From the NCBI RefSeq assembly GCF_009914755.1, contig NC_060931.1: a stretch of 64,000 bases of DNA, one strand, 5' to 3'. The notes under the pieces are model-generated. The model did not search any database. It was not told the origin of the DNA and was given only the letters and a program-made list of their open reading frames with translations. Below, piece after piece: positions 40,111 through 54,241 of this stretch (positions within the stretch are counted from its first letter, which is position 1; every line of letters begins with the position of its first letter). The position numbers and the translations under genes are program-made. Origin of the DNA: the human T2T-CHM13v2.0 reference genome, Homo sapiens.

Positions 40111-42212
40111 TAGACTTCCACCTCTTGTTAAGCATTAAATGACTGTTTTCCACATAAGCCATTTTCCTCCCAATTGTTGGTGGTCACCACCAAAGCTCTG
40201 GTGTCTGCACTGTGCTGTCCTTGATCCAACTCTTTGATGTGCTAGACACAAATTTGCCTTTTCACTGAATCAGCATGTGTTACATGTTTGCTTCTTCTTC
40301 TCAAATTGCTTTGGTTTTCTGCACAAGTATGCTTACTTTGGCTAAGCCAAGATGTCCTACCTTCTGGATAGCCTTGGTCAGTCTACTGGTCACTGGGAGC
40401 CATGATACAGCAGGGAAGGATCTGTTCCCAAATTGATATTTGATTGTTATTTTTGGATCTCTCAAGTAAATTACAGGAGAATTGATTTTCTGTAGTGACC
40501 TCCTGCACCTACTCAACCTTTTATGTTGCTCTAACTTGGTTTTATTTCCTTCTATGTTTAGGGTTTTTGTATATGTGCCATGGGAGATTAATAGAGCTGA
40601 TGGAAATCAGGTTGCCTAATTAGAGGGAGTTTTGGAAGCTCATACAATCAAACTTAATTTCTTATTTAAGATTGACAGATAGAGTTATTTTGCAGATGTA
40701 GCTTTGGATGTATTCACTTGTCATGAAGACATGAATTACCTTATCCTATAAAGAAGAGGAACTCTTTCCACTTGTATCATATCTTTAAGATGGCTGTTCA
40801 CATACAATGCCAAATCGTCTCTCGTGTTTAACCAAACCAGCCAACTATACTCCACTCGTGACCCAAATATCCAGTTTCATCATATCACGACTTCAAAATC
40901 ATGGTTGTCTTGAACTCCAACTTGCCCATGGGGCATTTGCTCATCCTCACCACCTCCAGGGGTGTGGTTCTATGCATGGCCCATCCCCTTGTGTTTCTCT
41001 GCTCGACAGCTGCAATAATCCTTGGGAGACCCTCATACTGCAGGAAGGGCACTCTCCTTGAGAACTGGCCTTGGACATGAGCCCTGTCCTCTCCTCGGCC
41101 ACTTAGTTCTAAGCCGGTAAGACATTCTTCCCTAAAATCCTCATGTCACAACAGAGACTAAACTCTGACTTTAAACATTTCACCAAAAACTTAGTTATGA
41201 GAGGAGAGTGTAGCCTTGGACTGGAAGTGGTGAGTTTCAGGGTCCCCGGCCTGTCTTTCAGGACCCTGTCGCTCAGTCTGTGTGATTCCCCCAGGCTGGC
41301 TTCCTGTTCATGCTGCTTCCCCTCCTCCATCACATGGACCTCTAAGGGACTCACTGTCCCCAGCTGCCCTCAGGCCCTGAAAGGAAAGTTTCTTCTCTTA
41401 CTCGGAGTACCCTCCCTTCCCTCCTTATTTTTCACAGCTGAACATCAGCCTATTCCCAGTTAGACTGACGGTGAGAAAATTTCTCTCCACTAAAGCAAAT
41501 CCACCAGAAGAAAAACTACATCAGAAAATAATATTTAAGCCTCCTTACGTGATGAGTTATTCTGACAGATATCACTGTGTGGGGGACATACCAACTGCCT
41601 GGCTGAGCTGCTGTTTTGGGGATGTCCTTCCTTCCTCAGTCCGCAGGCCTCAGCTCTGGAGTTCTAGAAAACAACTCCACACAGAGAGATGCACACACAA
41701 AGCTACAAGAATAGGCAACAGCTAACAGCAAAGGGCCCTGAAAGTCAGACAGGCCTAGAAATGCCGGAACATGCACCCCCCTCCCTCGCAGACAACTATG
41801 TCTCCCAGACAGAAGTTTGGCTCATTCCTTCCCCAAAATTTATGTTATCAAATAGAACACTTAACTTCTCGGTCTAAAACATCTGTGTTCGGGTTAATAT
41901 TGACTTCACATTTCCCTCTAGAACAGTGGGTGAATATTTGATTTACATTTCTGTAAATAAATGGCAGACTCAAGTGGTTTTCCCAGACCAAAAACAACAA
42001 TTTGCCTCTGAGGTAAATTCATGTCCCCACCCTTAGAGACTGGAAATTGCTTGCAGCTTTAAATGTTTTCCTTCCTTTCCCAGCTACTAAAGATCAAGTT
42101 TCTAACAATATCTTAGGGCCAGTGCCAGCGAGGGTAACCCATTGCATGTCTGTAGAATTATGAGAATCATGTCTATTTTGGGGGGCTCCGCTGACTGTTC
42201 AATCATAGATGC

Positions 42213-42385
42213 CAGTGGTTCTCAAATGTGGACCCCAGAGAAGTAGCATCACCTGGGAACTTGTCAGACATGTGAATTTCCAGGTTTCATCTTAGACCAC
42301 AGAATGAGAAATTCTGGAGGTGCAATCCAGCAGCAGTATTTTAGCAAGCTCTGCAGGAACATCTGAACGCTGGTAGACACCAACC
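42213..42385. mobile_element. MER5A
   Basis: CAGTGGTTCTCAAATGTGG...AGCATCACCTGGGAACTTGTCAGA...GAATGAGAAATTCTGG. Confidence 0.75.
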
Positions 42386-43274
42386 ATAGCAGAAAGTTTC
42401 AACAAGAATGAATGGTTCCATGGGCAGATTCATTGGGAAGACACACATAATATCTTCCAGGTGCAGTTTCTGGGTTCTGATCCTGCCTTTGGATCCGGTT
42501 AAGAGGGGTCTGGCCCCGGGAACCCAGATCTCACAAACTCTGCCACAAAAGATGCTTGATTTTTCTTCTCTGGGCCAAAAAATTTTAGAAATCTCAGAAA
42601 ATACTTGAATGAACCAGGATTACAGAAGCAGACAGTGTGAGCTGAACAGAACCCCTAGGCCAGAGAAAGCAAGGGTAAGAATGATTGACAGCTGGGGGGA
42701 GGGGAGCTTTGGGGAGGGATATGATTGCCACCTCTGCCCTAGGAGAGCAGAGAAAGAGTGCCTGCTTGTCTTTAGGCTGGTTGTCCCCCATTGTCCACAG
42801 TAGATGTCTAGCAGACCAGTTCCTCAGATATCTGTATTCTTTCCTTCTACTTAAGTGATGTGGTTCTAGGAGGCCCTTAGAACTACCCAGAAATGCTGAG
42901 TCAGACAAGTGAGGCATAAGGAAAAGGTCTCCATCTCCATCTGTCTCCCTAGGAAGCTGAATCACTGGTCATCCCAGGTTACCCAGGACAGCCCAGAAAT
43001 CCTGAGCTAGGACACAGTTTCCACCCTACTGTGTCCTGGGAGGCTGTGCAACCCCCTAGGCTGAGGATAACAGGGCTGGCCCAGGGGAAGGCATTGCCCC
43101 CAGATCACATGAGTGACTCCCAATGAGTAGGCTATAGGGCCATGGGTAAGAACGCAAGGCAGGCGGAGTAAATTAAATATTTTGGCATGTAGTCTATGGG
43201 CCTTCAATGATGCTCTTCTCCCAGCCCTGAAATGTTAAAGGTATGCCTAGAAATTATTTAGAAATTAAATTCAG

Positions 43275-43545
43275 CTCTATTAATTAAGTGGTGAGTACCC
43301 ACCATGTAGAAGGCATGGTGCTCAGTGTCATGGCACACACAAAGATGAGTTAAGTCTGTGTCTGACCCCAAGCCCTGACTAACTGGTAGCCAAAGGCAAC
43401 CGTGAGCACTGCCAACTTACCATACCCAAGGTGTAATAACAACTCCAAGGCAGCTATAAAGAAACCCCTAGGGAAAAACACACAAAGGAAGAGGGACGCT
43501 TGACCTTGAAAATCCAAAAAGCTCCTGGGAAGACATGGCATTTCA
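43275..43545 (-). mobile_element. L2 3' end fragment
   Basis: TGAGTACCCACCATGTAGAAGGCATGGTGCT...ACAAAGATGAGTTAAG. Confidence 0.5.
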
Positions 43546-43979
43546 GCAGATCTCTGTGCTGCTTACCAACCCAGACTTTCCTCCAGACTCAGGAGCCACC
43601 CTGGGAGAATGCCTCATTTCCTGTCCTTGCTTGACATAAAGAGTAGGCAGCAGAAAGTGGCTTCTAAAATCCAGTGCCTGTCCCCAGACCTATGAATCTA
43701 CCTCAGGCTCCAGAGGGGAGTTTGGAAGTCCTGGCCAAGAGTGAGGGGCCCAATCCCGGGGATTGCTGTATTTGTGCTTGGCTCTTGTTGGTAGACACAG
43801 AAAATTATTATTTTGTGGTATGTCTAACATAAAATGCATCTTCTCAGAATGCCTTTATCATATGCAGGAGTCACCTTGTAATCAAAAAACATGCCTCACA
43901 ATGCATTTTCTTCTGAAACTGTCTAGGAGGCTAAAATCCTGTTTCCACATTCCAGGGTCATGAACAAAATGAATGAACT

Positions 43980-44157
43980 CAGACATCAGCAAACTGTGGC
44001 CCAGGCACCAAGTCTGGCACACTACCTGTTTGTAAATAAAGTTTTATTAGAATGCATCCACACCCATTCATTTAAAGATGGCAGAGTTGATAGTTGCAAC
44101 AGAAACCGCATGGCCCAGGAAGCCTAACATATTTATAGAAAAAACTTGCCTTTCCCT
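43980..44157. mobile_element. MER58A
   Basis: CAGCAAACTGTGGCCC...TTTGTAAATAAAGTTTTATTAGAA...GGCAGAGTTGATAGTTGCAACAGA...AAGCCTAA. Confidence 0.8.
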
Positions 44158-44312
44158 CACTCATTCAAAGGCAATCAATATGCAAAAGGAAAAAGCCTTT
44201 AAATCTTCACCAAATTCCAATATCTGCCCCAAGTAGCTTTACTTATAGTTCAAGGTTGGACAATTTTATAACTTTAAACAAATGAAAGCCAGAAAGTGAG
44301 GCAGAAGGCAGA

Positions 44313-44765
44313 CAGCATCAGTCAAAGTCCTGGAAGAAAATAGAATTCCCCACAGATGGTTTGCATGAAGAGACTTTAATAAAAAAGTCACTTCCAGAAG
44401 TATAGACAAAGTTAAAGGAAGGAACAAGAGATGTTGGAGCAGCCAAAGGCAGGCAACAGAAAGAAGCCATTAGCACCCCTTGGGCAGAAGGGACAAGTGC
44501 AGGAAAGGGTGTTCCTGGGGCCAAGGAGGAAGGGCCACCCTGTAGGAGCTGTAGTCATGCAAGGGCACAGCTGCCAACAGCAAGGCAGCCTCCAAGCTGG
44601 CGGGAATGGAGAAGAAATGCCTCACACTCTTTATCTGTCCCCCACCTTATACTGCTGCTTCCCACTGGAACCCAGGCAATGCAATCCAAAGTCGTCAAGC
44701 TTCTGGGAACAGAGAAGGGCAGAGATAAGATATGATATGTTGGGGAGGTGAGTGACCAGTACACA
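44313..44765 (-). mobile_element. LTR33-like ERVL LTR
   Basis: CAGTCAAAGTCC...GAAGAGACTTTAATAAA...GCAACAGAAAGAAGCCATTAGCACCCCT resembles the recalled LTR33 consensus. Confidence 0.55.
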
Positions 44766-44809
44766 GACCCGAAAAAACAACATGATGTGAAGGTTAAGAA
44801 ATGTTGCCT

Positions 44810-45590
44810 ATATTGATTAGGATTTCTATTGCAAGTAGAGAAACTCGACTCAAACTGACTTATATAACAAGGAAATGTATTAACTCACATTATAGGGAGA
44901 CCAGATGTTAAGGTTTCAGGGAGAATTGATATAGTAGCTCTCCAATGTCATCAAGGGGATCTAAGTATTTGTATCTCCCTGCTCTATCCATCTCAATAAG
45001 GTCAACATGATTCCAAGGCTGGTTTACCAGTAGCAATTAAGAAAGCATGTCTCCTTGTTCACATCTGGACATGGTGAGGCAGAGGTGGAGATGAGGAAAC
45101 GAACAGTGTTTAAGGCATTTTCTCCCCATTCCCACCACTTTGAAGCTGTGTTTTGGTGTCCTTCTGTGACTATAGTGTCACATACATATATATGTGTGTA
45201 CATATATATACACACACACATATGTGCATACATGTATACATACATATATACACATGTGTATATACATATGCATACACATACATGTGTATATATACATATA
45301 TGCATGTGTATGTACCTATATACATGCATATACATTTGTGTTATACACACATCTATGTATATACATATATATACAAACTCACATATATTTGTATATGTTT
45401 TCTTTCCCTCTCTTAGATTTTTAAAGTTATCCTGAACTCTCTTTATATTTCATTTTCTCTGGGTAGCTTAGGCCTGACAATTCCAGAACCAATCACTATC
45501 CAGGGGGATAAATTACTAATTTAGACTAATCATCTGAAGGAAGGATGAATGGGAGTATGGGTGTTGGGAAGCCCACGACATAAGGTATCT
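44810..45590 (-). mobile_element. Old MLT1 LTR split by a simple repeat
   Basis: TTGCAAGTAGAGAAAC...ACTCAAACTGACTTA...GGAAATGTATTAACTCAC; resumes with GAACCAATCACT. Confidence 0.5.
45179..45396. repeat. (TA/CA/TG)n low-complexity tract
   Basis: Perfect YR alternation over 45179-45315, imperfect afterwards. Confidence 0.93.
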
Positions 45591-47324
45591 ACAGGAGCAC
45601 CATATTATTATCTCCTTTCACATGCATTTCCTTTCTCTGCACCCCATTGTCTGTACGTGTTTATCACTCAAATCTTCATCTGACACATTAGGCTCCTTCT
45701 GGCAAACTGTGGGGTGATGGTACCTGCTCTTGTTCAGAGTTAAAACATAATTCCTTACCCAGGCAGTTCATGTGACTCCAGAAAAAGCCAAAAGATAACT
45801 TCTGGAAAAAGAGAAAGTAGCCATGTCTAACTAAAGATCCAATTAGACTTTCTCCCAAATCTTTGGTAAATCACTCTTCCTTTGTGGTTTAACTTCCTCC
45901 TACATAATTAAGATATATAATGGTTGCAACCCCACAGCAAGAGAAATTACATAATGTGAGCTCAGACGGTTTCACAGCTGAAATTAATTTGAAAACCTTT
46001 TAAGAGGTGTTAGGTGTTTTTCACACTTTTCCCTGCACCTGGTAGCTCTTGGGTCCCATTGGTGAAATCTCCCTTTGGTCTTTGATTGGTGGACTTTACA
46101 AGGCAAACATAGAGCTTGCCTTCATATAGATTTCCCTCTTCATCATGGGCACACAATTGCCACTGATCTGATCCTAACCTTCATCCTATCCAAAATGGCC
46201 TGAGATTTTAATCTAGTTTTTACAGGAAAGGGTCAAAAAAATAACTTACCTATTGTTCCCAGATGTCGAGACACTGAACAGAGGCATGCTGAGGTAGACT
46301 GTGGTAAGGATCCCTGGCAGTGACTTGTCAGTGGTACATGGCTTCCCGAGATCAGCGACTGTCAGAAAGGCATAGCCCCTTCTTATGCAACAGAATTCCC
46401 ATTGAATGGATAACGAGCCAACTTTGTTTAAAGCTTCATTGAAACTGGGGGCTCTTTATTTTTCCTACATGTTTTTAATACTTGGCTGGGCTGATGAAAT
46501 TGTTGACCCTGGCTCATGGACCAACATAGATTCCCTACTCACCTCAGGATTTAAAAACAAAATACCCATTACATGGACAGGCACAAGGGCAGGAGTCTTG
46601 GTGGGTGCTGAAATATCCATTTCTAATAGGATTCAAAGCACAGGAACTCAGTATGTTTCAGGGCATTAGAAAGTAAAGTCCTGGCCAGCAGAAATAAGCC
46701 AGGACCTTAATGCCTTCTTTTAAAGTCCAAAATTCCCTATGCCAAACTCAGGCGCATGTTTATAGTTTCAAAGTTATTTTTCTTGCAAAAAATTAATCTA
46801 AAACCTTGACAAACCATAGCATTTTTATGAGTTTCCATAGTGGCTTTTCTATACACATTGCAATAAATTCCCTATGAAAATTATTATTATATTAATCAGC
46901 AGTGACTCATTTAAAATTATACTTTGGGATCTCTTATTTTTAAAAAGGTCCAATTTCATTTTTATCACGGCCCAAGTTTATTTTTTACTTAAAATTCACG
47001 TCACAATTCAGAAGAGGAAATGCCACTGGAAAGTTGTTTTTCAAACCAAGAATTTTGTTTCCAAAAAGAGAGAATGAGAGAACAAATGAACATGATAATG
47101 CCAATAATTATGTGTTACATGATTTTTATAACCAAGCAGTTTATTACAACTGCTTTTGTGGGTGCTACAAAATATTTGAACAGGTTTTCAAACCAGTTGG
47201 CAATTTATTAAATACTAGTGATTGTTATTACAGGTTGAGTTTTATGATCTAAGGTTGATGTATTTGCATGAAAACCAGAAGGACACATATCAGGCCAGCT
47301 TTCTGCTTCAAAAATGCTACCCGG

Positions 47325-47649
<325 letters not shown>

Positions 47650-48513
47650 TCACCTTTGAACCACTTATTAGGGCACTTCAAGGCTCCAGGAGGGAGAAGC
47701 TGCTGAGGAAGCAAATAGGTTTCAAGGAACTAAGAAAGACATTTGAATGGTCCTTGCAAAGTCAGTTGACAATCTATCAACAAGCAAAAAAATAGCAGTT
47801 CATTTAAAAAAGAAAACTCAGGTGTACACATTTATGTTAATTTATGAGTACCTCAGTTAATGAACCGTAATCAACAGCTTATTTAGTGAAATAACAACCA
47901 ACTGATATGTGATGCTAAAAGACCCTAGAGCCCAAAAAGAAATGGGCTTAATCATTTTTTTCTCCTTATTTAGTAATACTACCAGAGAAATAGGTGAAGC
48001 GGTGAATCACATGTCACTCAAGATTAAATTTGCCACTCTGTTTACTTAATCAAATACATTATTGTTGCCACAATAAGCAGTGAATTTAAAAATTTCCTTA
48101 GCAGACTCATAAAACTATTATCAAGTCCAGAATTTAGGAACGTGTCAATAAGAATGTATTTTAACAAAACCTGAATTGATAGGCCACTTTCAACTTCCAA
48201 TTCTTCAAAAAATAACTGACAAAAATCTCTTGGTCTCAGTCATCTTTTGGGAAGACCACCCTGATCTTAAACATCATATCAAGTATATTAAGTATCAAGT
48301 TATATGTTTGTCTTTGACTCAAAGAGAAATCCACTCTTTCTCAAAGTCTGTAGGTTCGGTAGGTTCTATGGGGGCAGGGACCATGACAATCATCCCCATG
48401 CCCAGCAACATCTAAACACAATGTACCCAAAATAGCTATGCAATAAATATTGGCTGAAGACCTTACAGAATGTCTGAATGAGGGGACATCAGACTGGAAG
48501 TATCCAGGAGCGC

Positions 48514-48580
48514 CCTCTCTCTCTCTCTGGCTCTCTCTCTCTCTGGCTCTCTCTCTCTCTCGCTCTCACTCTCCCTCTCC
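48514..48580. repeat. (CT)n microsatellite with GG interruptions
   Basis: Directly visible in the sequence. Confidence 0.9.
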
Positions 48581-48946
48581 TTAATAACTATAGAAACTCT
48601 GCAAGGCTTAGTAAAGCATCATTCCGATGAAACTCAGGGATGCTATTTCCCTTCTGGGTAACAGCATGTTATGATATTATAGGACCTGAGTAATGGGCTT
48701 GGGTTTACAATACTAACACTTAAGAGCCTATTCTTTCTGGGCGCTTTGTCTAAAACAAACACACACACAAAAAAACTAAACAAGAACTTAAGTATATAAA
48801 CTGAGAGAGTGGTCTTGGGGTTCATATGGCCAGTATGTACCTGAGAGAGTAATAAAATCTCTTTTCTATGCATCTGTATTTTTATTTTAACAAGTATAGA
48901 AATGTTTATTCAGATAATCTTTTTGAACATTAAAACTCATCATTGT

Positions 48947-49264
48947 GGCCAGGCGTGGTGGCTCACGCCTGTAATCCCAGCACTTTGGGAGGCCGAGGTG
49001 GGTGGATCACGAGGTCAGGAGATCGAGACCATCCTAGCTAACATGGTGAAACCCCGTCTCTACTAAAAATACAAAAAAAAGAAAAACAAAATTAGCCGGG
49101 CATGGTGGCGGGCGCCTGTAGTCCCAGCTACTCGGGAGGCTAAGGTCGGAGAATGGCGTGAACCAGGAAGCGGAGCTTGCAGTGAGCCCAGATTGCGCTG
49201 CTGCACTCCAGCCTGGGCGACAAAGCGAGACTCTGTCTCAAAAACAAAAACAAAAACAAAAAAA
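48947..49264 (+). mobile_element. AluY
   Basis: AluY diagnostics, (CAAAAA)n tail, flanking CTCAT(C/T)ATTGT. Confidence 0.93.
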
Positions 49265-49289
49265 CCCCTCATTATTGTACTCTTCAACC

Positions 49290-50034
49290 AAAGTACAAGA
49301 AATTGTTAACAGAAATATTTTGTTGTTTTGTAATTAAATGTATCCATGTTTTCTGGGTTTTGTGTCATGCTTAAAAAGGCCTTTCCCCAACCAGGATTAG
49401 TTGAAAATTCTTTTCTAGCATTTTTGTTGTTTCCCTATTTATCATTAATCTTGCTTCCACTTTGTATTTATTTTAATGTAAGGAGAAGGATAAGAATCCA
49501 ATGTGATATTTTTCTCAGATAATTATGCAAAAGCCCCACATTATTAATTTTAAAAATTGTATTTTCTCATTGATACACAGTGACAGCTTTTCACATCCTA
49601 AATCCACATAGATTGCTGTGTCAGTTTCTGGGCAATTCTATTATCTATTTGTTTATTTATAGTCTCATGCCTTCATGTTTTAATTACAGTAGATTTATAT
49701 GGCTAATATAGCTAATATCCTTCAATTATTCTTTTCCTTCAGATTGTTACGTTCTATTTTTTCAGTTATTTTGTGTATGAATATGAAAATCAGTTTATTT
49801 AGTTCTAAAACTCTCCAGGCTTATGATAAATTTATAGATTGATTGAGGGAAAATTGACCTCATTAGGATGATGAGTCTTCCTATTCAAGAACAAGATACA
49901 CTCTTTCAAGTTTTCAATTTTCCCTTTGTCTCTCAGTGATTTAAAGTTTTCTCCTCATAGATTTTGCACAACTCTAAACTTCTTCCTAGGCATTTATTTT
50001 TTTTGTGGCCACTACATATTTCATTCTATTGTTT
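49290..50034 (-). mobile_element. Old L1M ORF2-region fragment (left part)
   Basis: AAATTTATAGATTGATTGAGGGAAAATTGAC, GAGTCTTCCTATTCAAGAAC and TTCCTAGGCATTTA blocks. Confidence 0.65.
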
Positions 50035-50276
50035 TCAAAATGCCAGGTAAATTTAATCAAAGCCATTTAGAAAGAACCTAACAACTTTAAAAACAAATGC
50101 TTTGCAACCCACTCAACAGTAGGCATATGAAATGATGAGATGATGTCATTACTAAGAAGTTTGACCGAATGGAATAGAGGATCCTATGAACTCACAGGGC
50201 CATTGTCAGTTTGGGGGAGTTTTCCACATGGTACCAGAACTATTTGGAATCCAGAAGTTAACTTTTATCTCACCAA
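50035..50276 (+). pseudogene. Merlin/IS1016-like transposase fossil, middle (first catalytic D) segment
   Basis: GAA-AT-GAT-GAG reads E(I)DE with a 1-nt deletion (50129-50139), followed by WNRG (50170-50181) and QGHCQFGGV (50195-50221). The family order is EIDES..K.NRG..WVFGG. Confidence 0.55.
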
Positions 50277-50750
50277 AAATGGGGAGAGGAGTTAAACAAA
50301 GAGTCAGAAGAGAAGGGTGCAATCCTACACAAATAGATAAACGAACAATTTATCTTATAATAAGGAGCAGCTGGGGGCATTTTCCAGGAGGAAATGAAGG
50401 ACAGAAATTCTTCTTAAAATCCGCAAATGTATGAATGTGGGCAAGGGCATGATGCAGGCTTTCTACTGAAGTCTGAAGGCTAAGAAATTGCAACTAAAAT
50501 TTTTACAAAAACCTAATACTTCTCATCTAGCTTGATGTAAAGAGGTGACTATTCTTGTGCAAATGTGTACCAGACACCTAGAAAGAAACCAGTAGAGAGC
50601 CAAAAACCTGGATGAAGACATCAACAAAATAAATGAGATTTAGTCAGAGATGTCTCACCCTACCATTCTTGTATGTTTCATGAAATCTATCAGAAGGAAC
50701 GAGAAGTTGTTGTACAAGTAATGCTGTCTGTTAATTGTGGTTTGTTACAT
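50277..50750 (+). pseudogene. Merlin/IS1016-like transposase fossil, N-terminal zinc-ribbon segment
   Basis: ATG at 50279 in an AAAATGG context. ILLKIRKC (50407-50430) with frameshifted ECG (50433-50441), then LCKC and KETSREPKTWMKTS (50582-50623). Confidence 0.55.
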
Positions 50751-51067
50751 GCATATAATGACTTTTCTTGAACATAACTGACTCATTTTTACATAGCCTT
50801 ATTCCATAGTGTGGAATCCTCAATCCATTTTTCTGTTCTTTATAAAGTTCTATATTTAAAAAAATCCGCTTGGTCTGCTGATATAGATGAATACCAACCG
50901 GTTTTAATCTCCACTGGCAGTTGATTTGAGAACTATGGCTTCTGCAGTAATTGGTTAAGTGGTAAACACACCCATAAAACAGAATGTCTTTTCGTAGAAT
51001 ACTGTTGTGCCAGGACATATTTCTCCCTAAATCTGCTAAATATTACATTTTCATCATATCGAATCCC
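50751..51067 (-). pseudogene. Merlin/IS1016-like transposase fossil, C-terminal segment (inverted)
   Basis: Minus strand ICPGTTV (51020-51000), then YHLT..SHS, GIH..QQ, KNG..LC (within ORF 50731-51018). The family order is I.PGT.I.SD..H.TVNHS..G.HTQ..G..YLCE. Confidence 0.6.
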
Positions 51068-51079
51068 AGTACTACTAAC

Positions 51080-51345
51080 TAGTACAATTGACTTTTCTAT
51101 ATTAGTATTCTATCCAGTCAACTTGCTGAATTCACCTATTATTTCCAAGTAATTTATCTATAAAGGCATTTGTGTTTTCTATGTAGACAATAATAATGAC
51201 AATTATATACACTCTTTTCCAAACCTAATGCCTTCAATATATTTTCTTGTGACATTGTGCAAGCTAGGATCTAAAATACAATGTTGACTAGAATAGTGAC
51301 AGGGAGCAACCTTGTCTAACCTCATTTCAAAGGGAATGGTTTCCT
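51080..51345 (-). mobile_element. Old L1M fragment (continuation of 49290-50034)
   Basis: CAATTGACTTTTCTATATT...CTTGCTGAATTCACCTATT...TTTTCTATGTAGACAAT...ATACAATGTTGACTAGAA follows on in L1 order. Confidence 0.65.
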
Positions 51346-51542
51346 TCCAACTTACTTTCAAATAAAACTTTAGAACATAACATTTACAATTTTCTGCATA
51401 GGCCCTTTATTAGAAGAAATAATCAGTAGAAAACGAACAAACTGTGCAAATTTGTGTGTGTGTGTGTGTGTGCATTTACAAAATTTTAAAAAGTAACATC
51501 TCCCTTTAAGTCCAAAGTATTATCCTATGCCATGAGAAATAA

Positions 51543-51690
51543 GGTAACATTGTCCAAAAATCCATAAGTCTGATATTGAAAATTTTTCCTGAAATAACAA
51601 TAAAAGTTATTATCTTTTCTGGAAGGTTTTTAACAGTTGCATTTATTTCATTTGCCCTTTTAAATTTATAAGTACAGTCATGAGCCTTTA
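51543..51690. mobile_element. Putative DNA-transposon end (GG-terminal TIR-like), possibly Merlin
   Basis: GGTAACATTGTCCAAAAATCCATAAGTCTGATATTGAAA; the same sequence recurs in both orientations at 54239-54313. Right boundary uncertain. Confidence 0.5.
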
Positions 51691-52069
<379 letters not shown>

Positions 52070-52074
52070 CTAGG

Positions 52075-52207
52075 GAATTTTTTTAAAACCTAGATTACGG
52101 GATCCCACCCACAAAACCATGGAACTGAAATCTCCACGGTGGAACCAGGAATGTATTTTTATATCTCCCAAGTGTTTGGGGTAAACATTCAAGTTTGAGA
52201 ATCACTG
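52075..52207. mobile_element. MER5-like fragment
   Basis: Ends AAGTTTGAGAATCACTG; contains CCAGGAATGTATTTTTA. Confidence 0.55.
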
Positions 52208-52548
52208 AATTCACTGGTTTCTGTTCCTTTGTTAATTTAGACTCAGAATAGGAGGACTGACCTATGTTGCACTTAATAGATCTTAAATTTTGAGATTCTG
52301 TGGTTTAAAAAAATTATTAAATAATTCACACATTATAGTACAGTGTATAAATAACAACTAGGCCAAGAAACAGAACAACTCAGAAACATAGAAATTCCTA
52401 TATTTGTGTATTTCCAAAGACAATTCTTCTCTCCCCAGAAGTAACCATTATTCTAACTCTTGTGAATATCATTTTCGGCTTCTTCTTTATTGTTTTACCA
52501 CCATGTATGATCCCTAAACAAAGTTTATTTTTAAATTTTATATAAACT

Positions 52549-53162
<614 letters not shown>

Positions 53163-53316
53163 CTATTCTACTTTTGATTAATATTTAATTTTTTTCACAA
53201 ATTTTGGGTATTATAAGCAATATTGCAATTAGTTTTCTTATCCTTTATCTTGGTGCACATATGCATACGTTTCTTTTGAAGGCATATACACACTCATATA
53301 CTCCCACTTGCATGCA

Positions 53317-53508
53317 CACAATCCTCATTTGGCACAGCGCCATGTTAAATAAAATTGTGTATGTCAGAACTGTGTCCTCGCTTTGCAGATTCTGTGGTAA
53401 TTTATCACTGTTACCTTAGTTGTCACGGAACTGTGTGAAATGAGGACACATTTCCAATATGCAAAAGTTTCAGTTAACACAGGATTAGATAAACAAGGCC
53501 TGCTTGTG
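53317..53508. mobile_element. Tigger-like MITE remnant
   Basis: Internal inverted motifs (GTCCTCGCTTTGCA / TGTGAAATGAGGAC) and TTTCAGTTAACAC; interrupts the L1. Confidence 0.4.
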
Positions 53509-53708
53509 TACATATACATACCTAGTAGTAGAATTGCTGGATCATAAGAATGTGTATTCTTGATTTAAATAGTACCAAACAGTTTTCCAAAGTGGCTGTA
53601 CTAATTTACTTTTCTATTAGCAGTTTATCAAAGTGCCCATCCGTCCACATCCTCATCCACACTTGGTATTTCCCTTATTACTACTGAAGGTGAGCACCTT
53701 GTCACATA

Positions 53709-54131
53709 TGTTAAAAGAAAAACTTTAGACAGGTTAAATGTAAATTAAATTTAAATGAAAGTTAACAAAGTTTAACTGAGCAAAGAACGATTCTTAAATT
53801 TGGCTGCCTCCTGAACGAGGAGGCTAGGCTCAGAGAAATTCCAGCACAGCCACATGGTAGAAGAAGATTTATGGATACAAAAAGGAAAGTGACATACAGA
53901 AAACAGAAGTGGGGTACAGAAACAGCCAGGTTGGTTACAGCTTGGCTTCTGCCTTATTTGAACACAGTTTGAACAACTGGCCACCTTTGATTGGCAAAAA
54001 CTCAGTGATTGGCACAAGAGTCCGACATAGTTTGTTTACACAACCAATTAGGTTACAGTTCATTATGCATGGAGAAACCACGAGGCTGAGCTTAAAATAT
54101 ATAAAGAGAGAGCTTTAGGCTAACTTTAACA
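53709..54131 (-). mobile_element. MER57-type ERV1 solo LTR
   Basis: Minus strand TGTTAAAGTTAGCCTAAAGC...AAAGTTTTTCTTTTAACA with CCAAT boxes. TSD CATA / CATG. Confidence 0.85.
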
Positions 54132-54241
54132 CATGTTTTTGTTGGCTGTATATATTTTTTTAAAAAAGTGAAACATCAGCAGAAGTATTTATCTTTTTTC
54201 CTATTGAGTTGAACATTATTCTATACCAGAAGAAATAAGGT

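Noticed and set aside
50870-51000. Plus-strand reading WSAD...GKHTHKTECLF as the transposase C-terminus
   Set aside because: The minus-strand reading of the same DNA gives more family motifs in the correct order and spacing.
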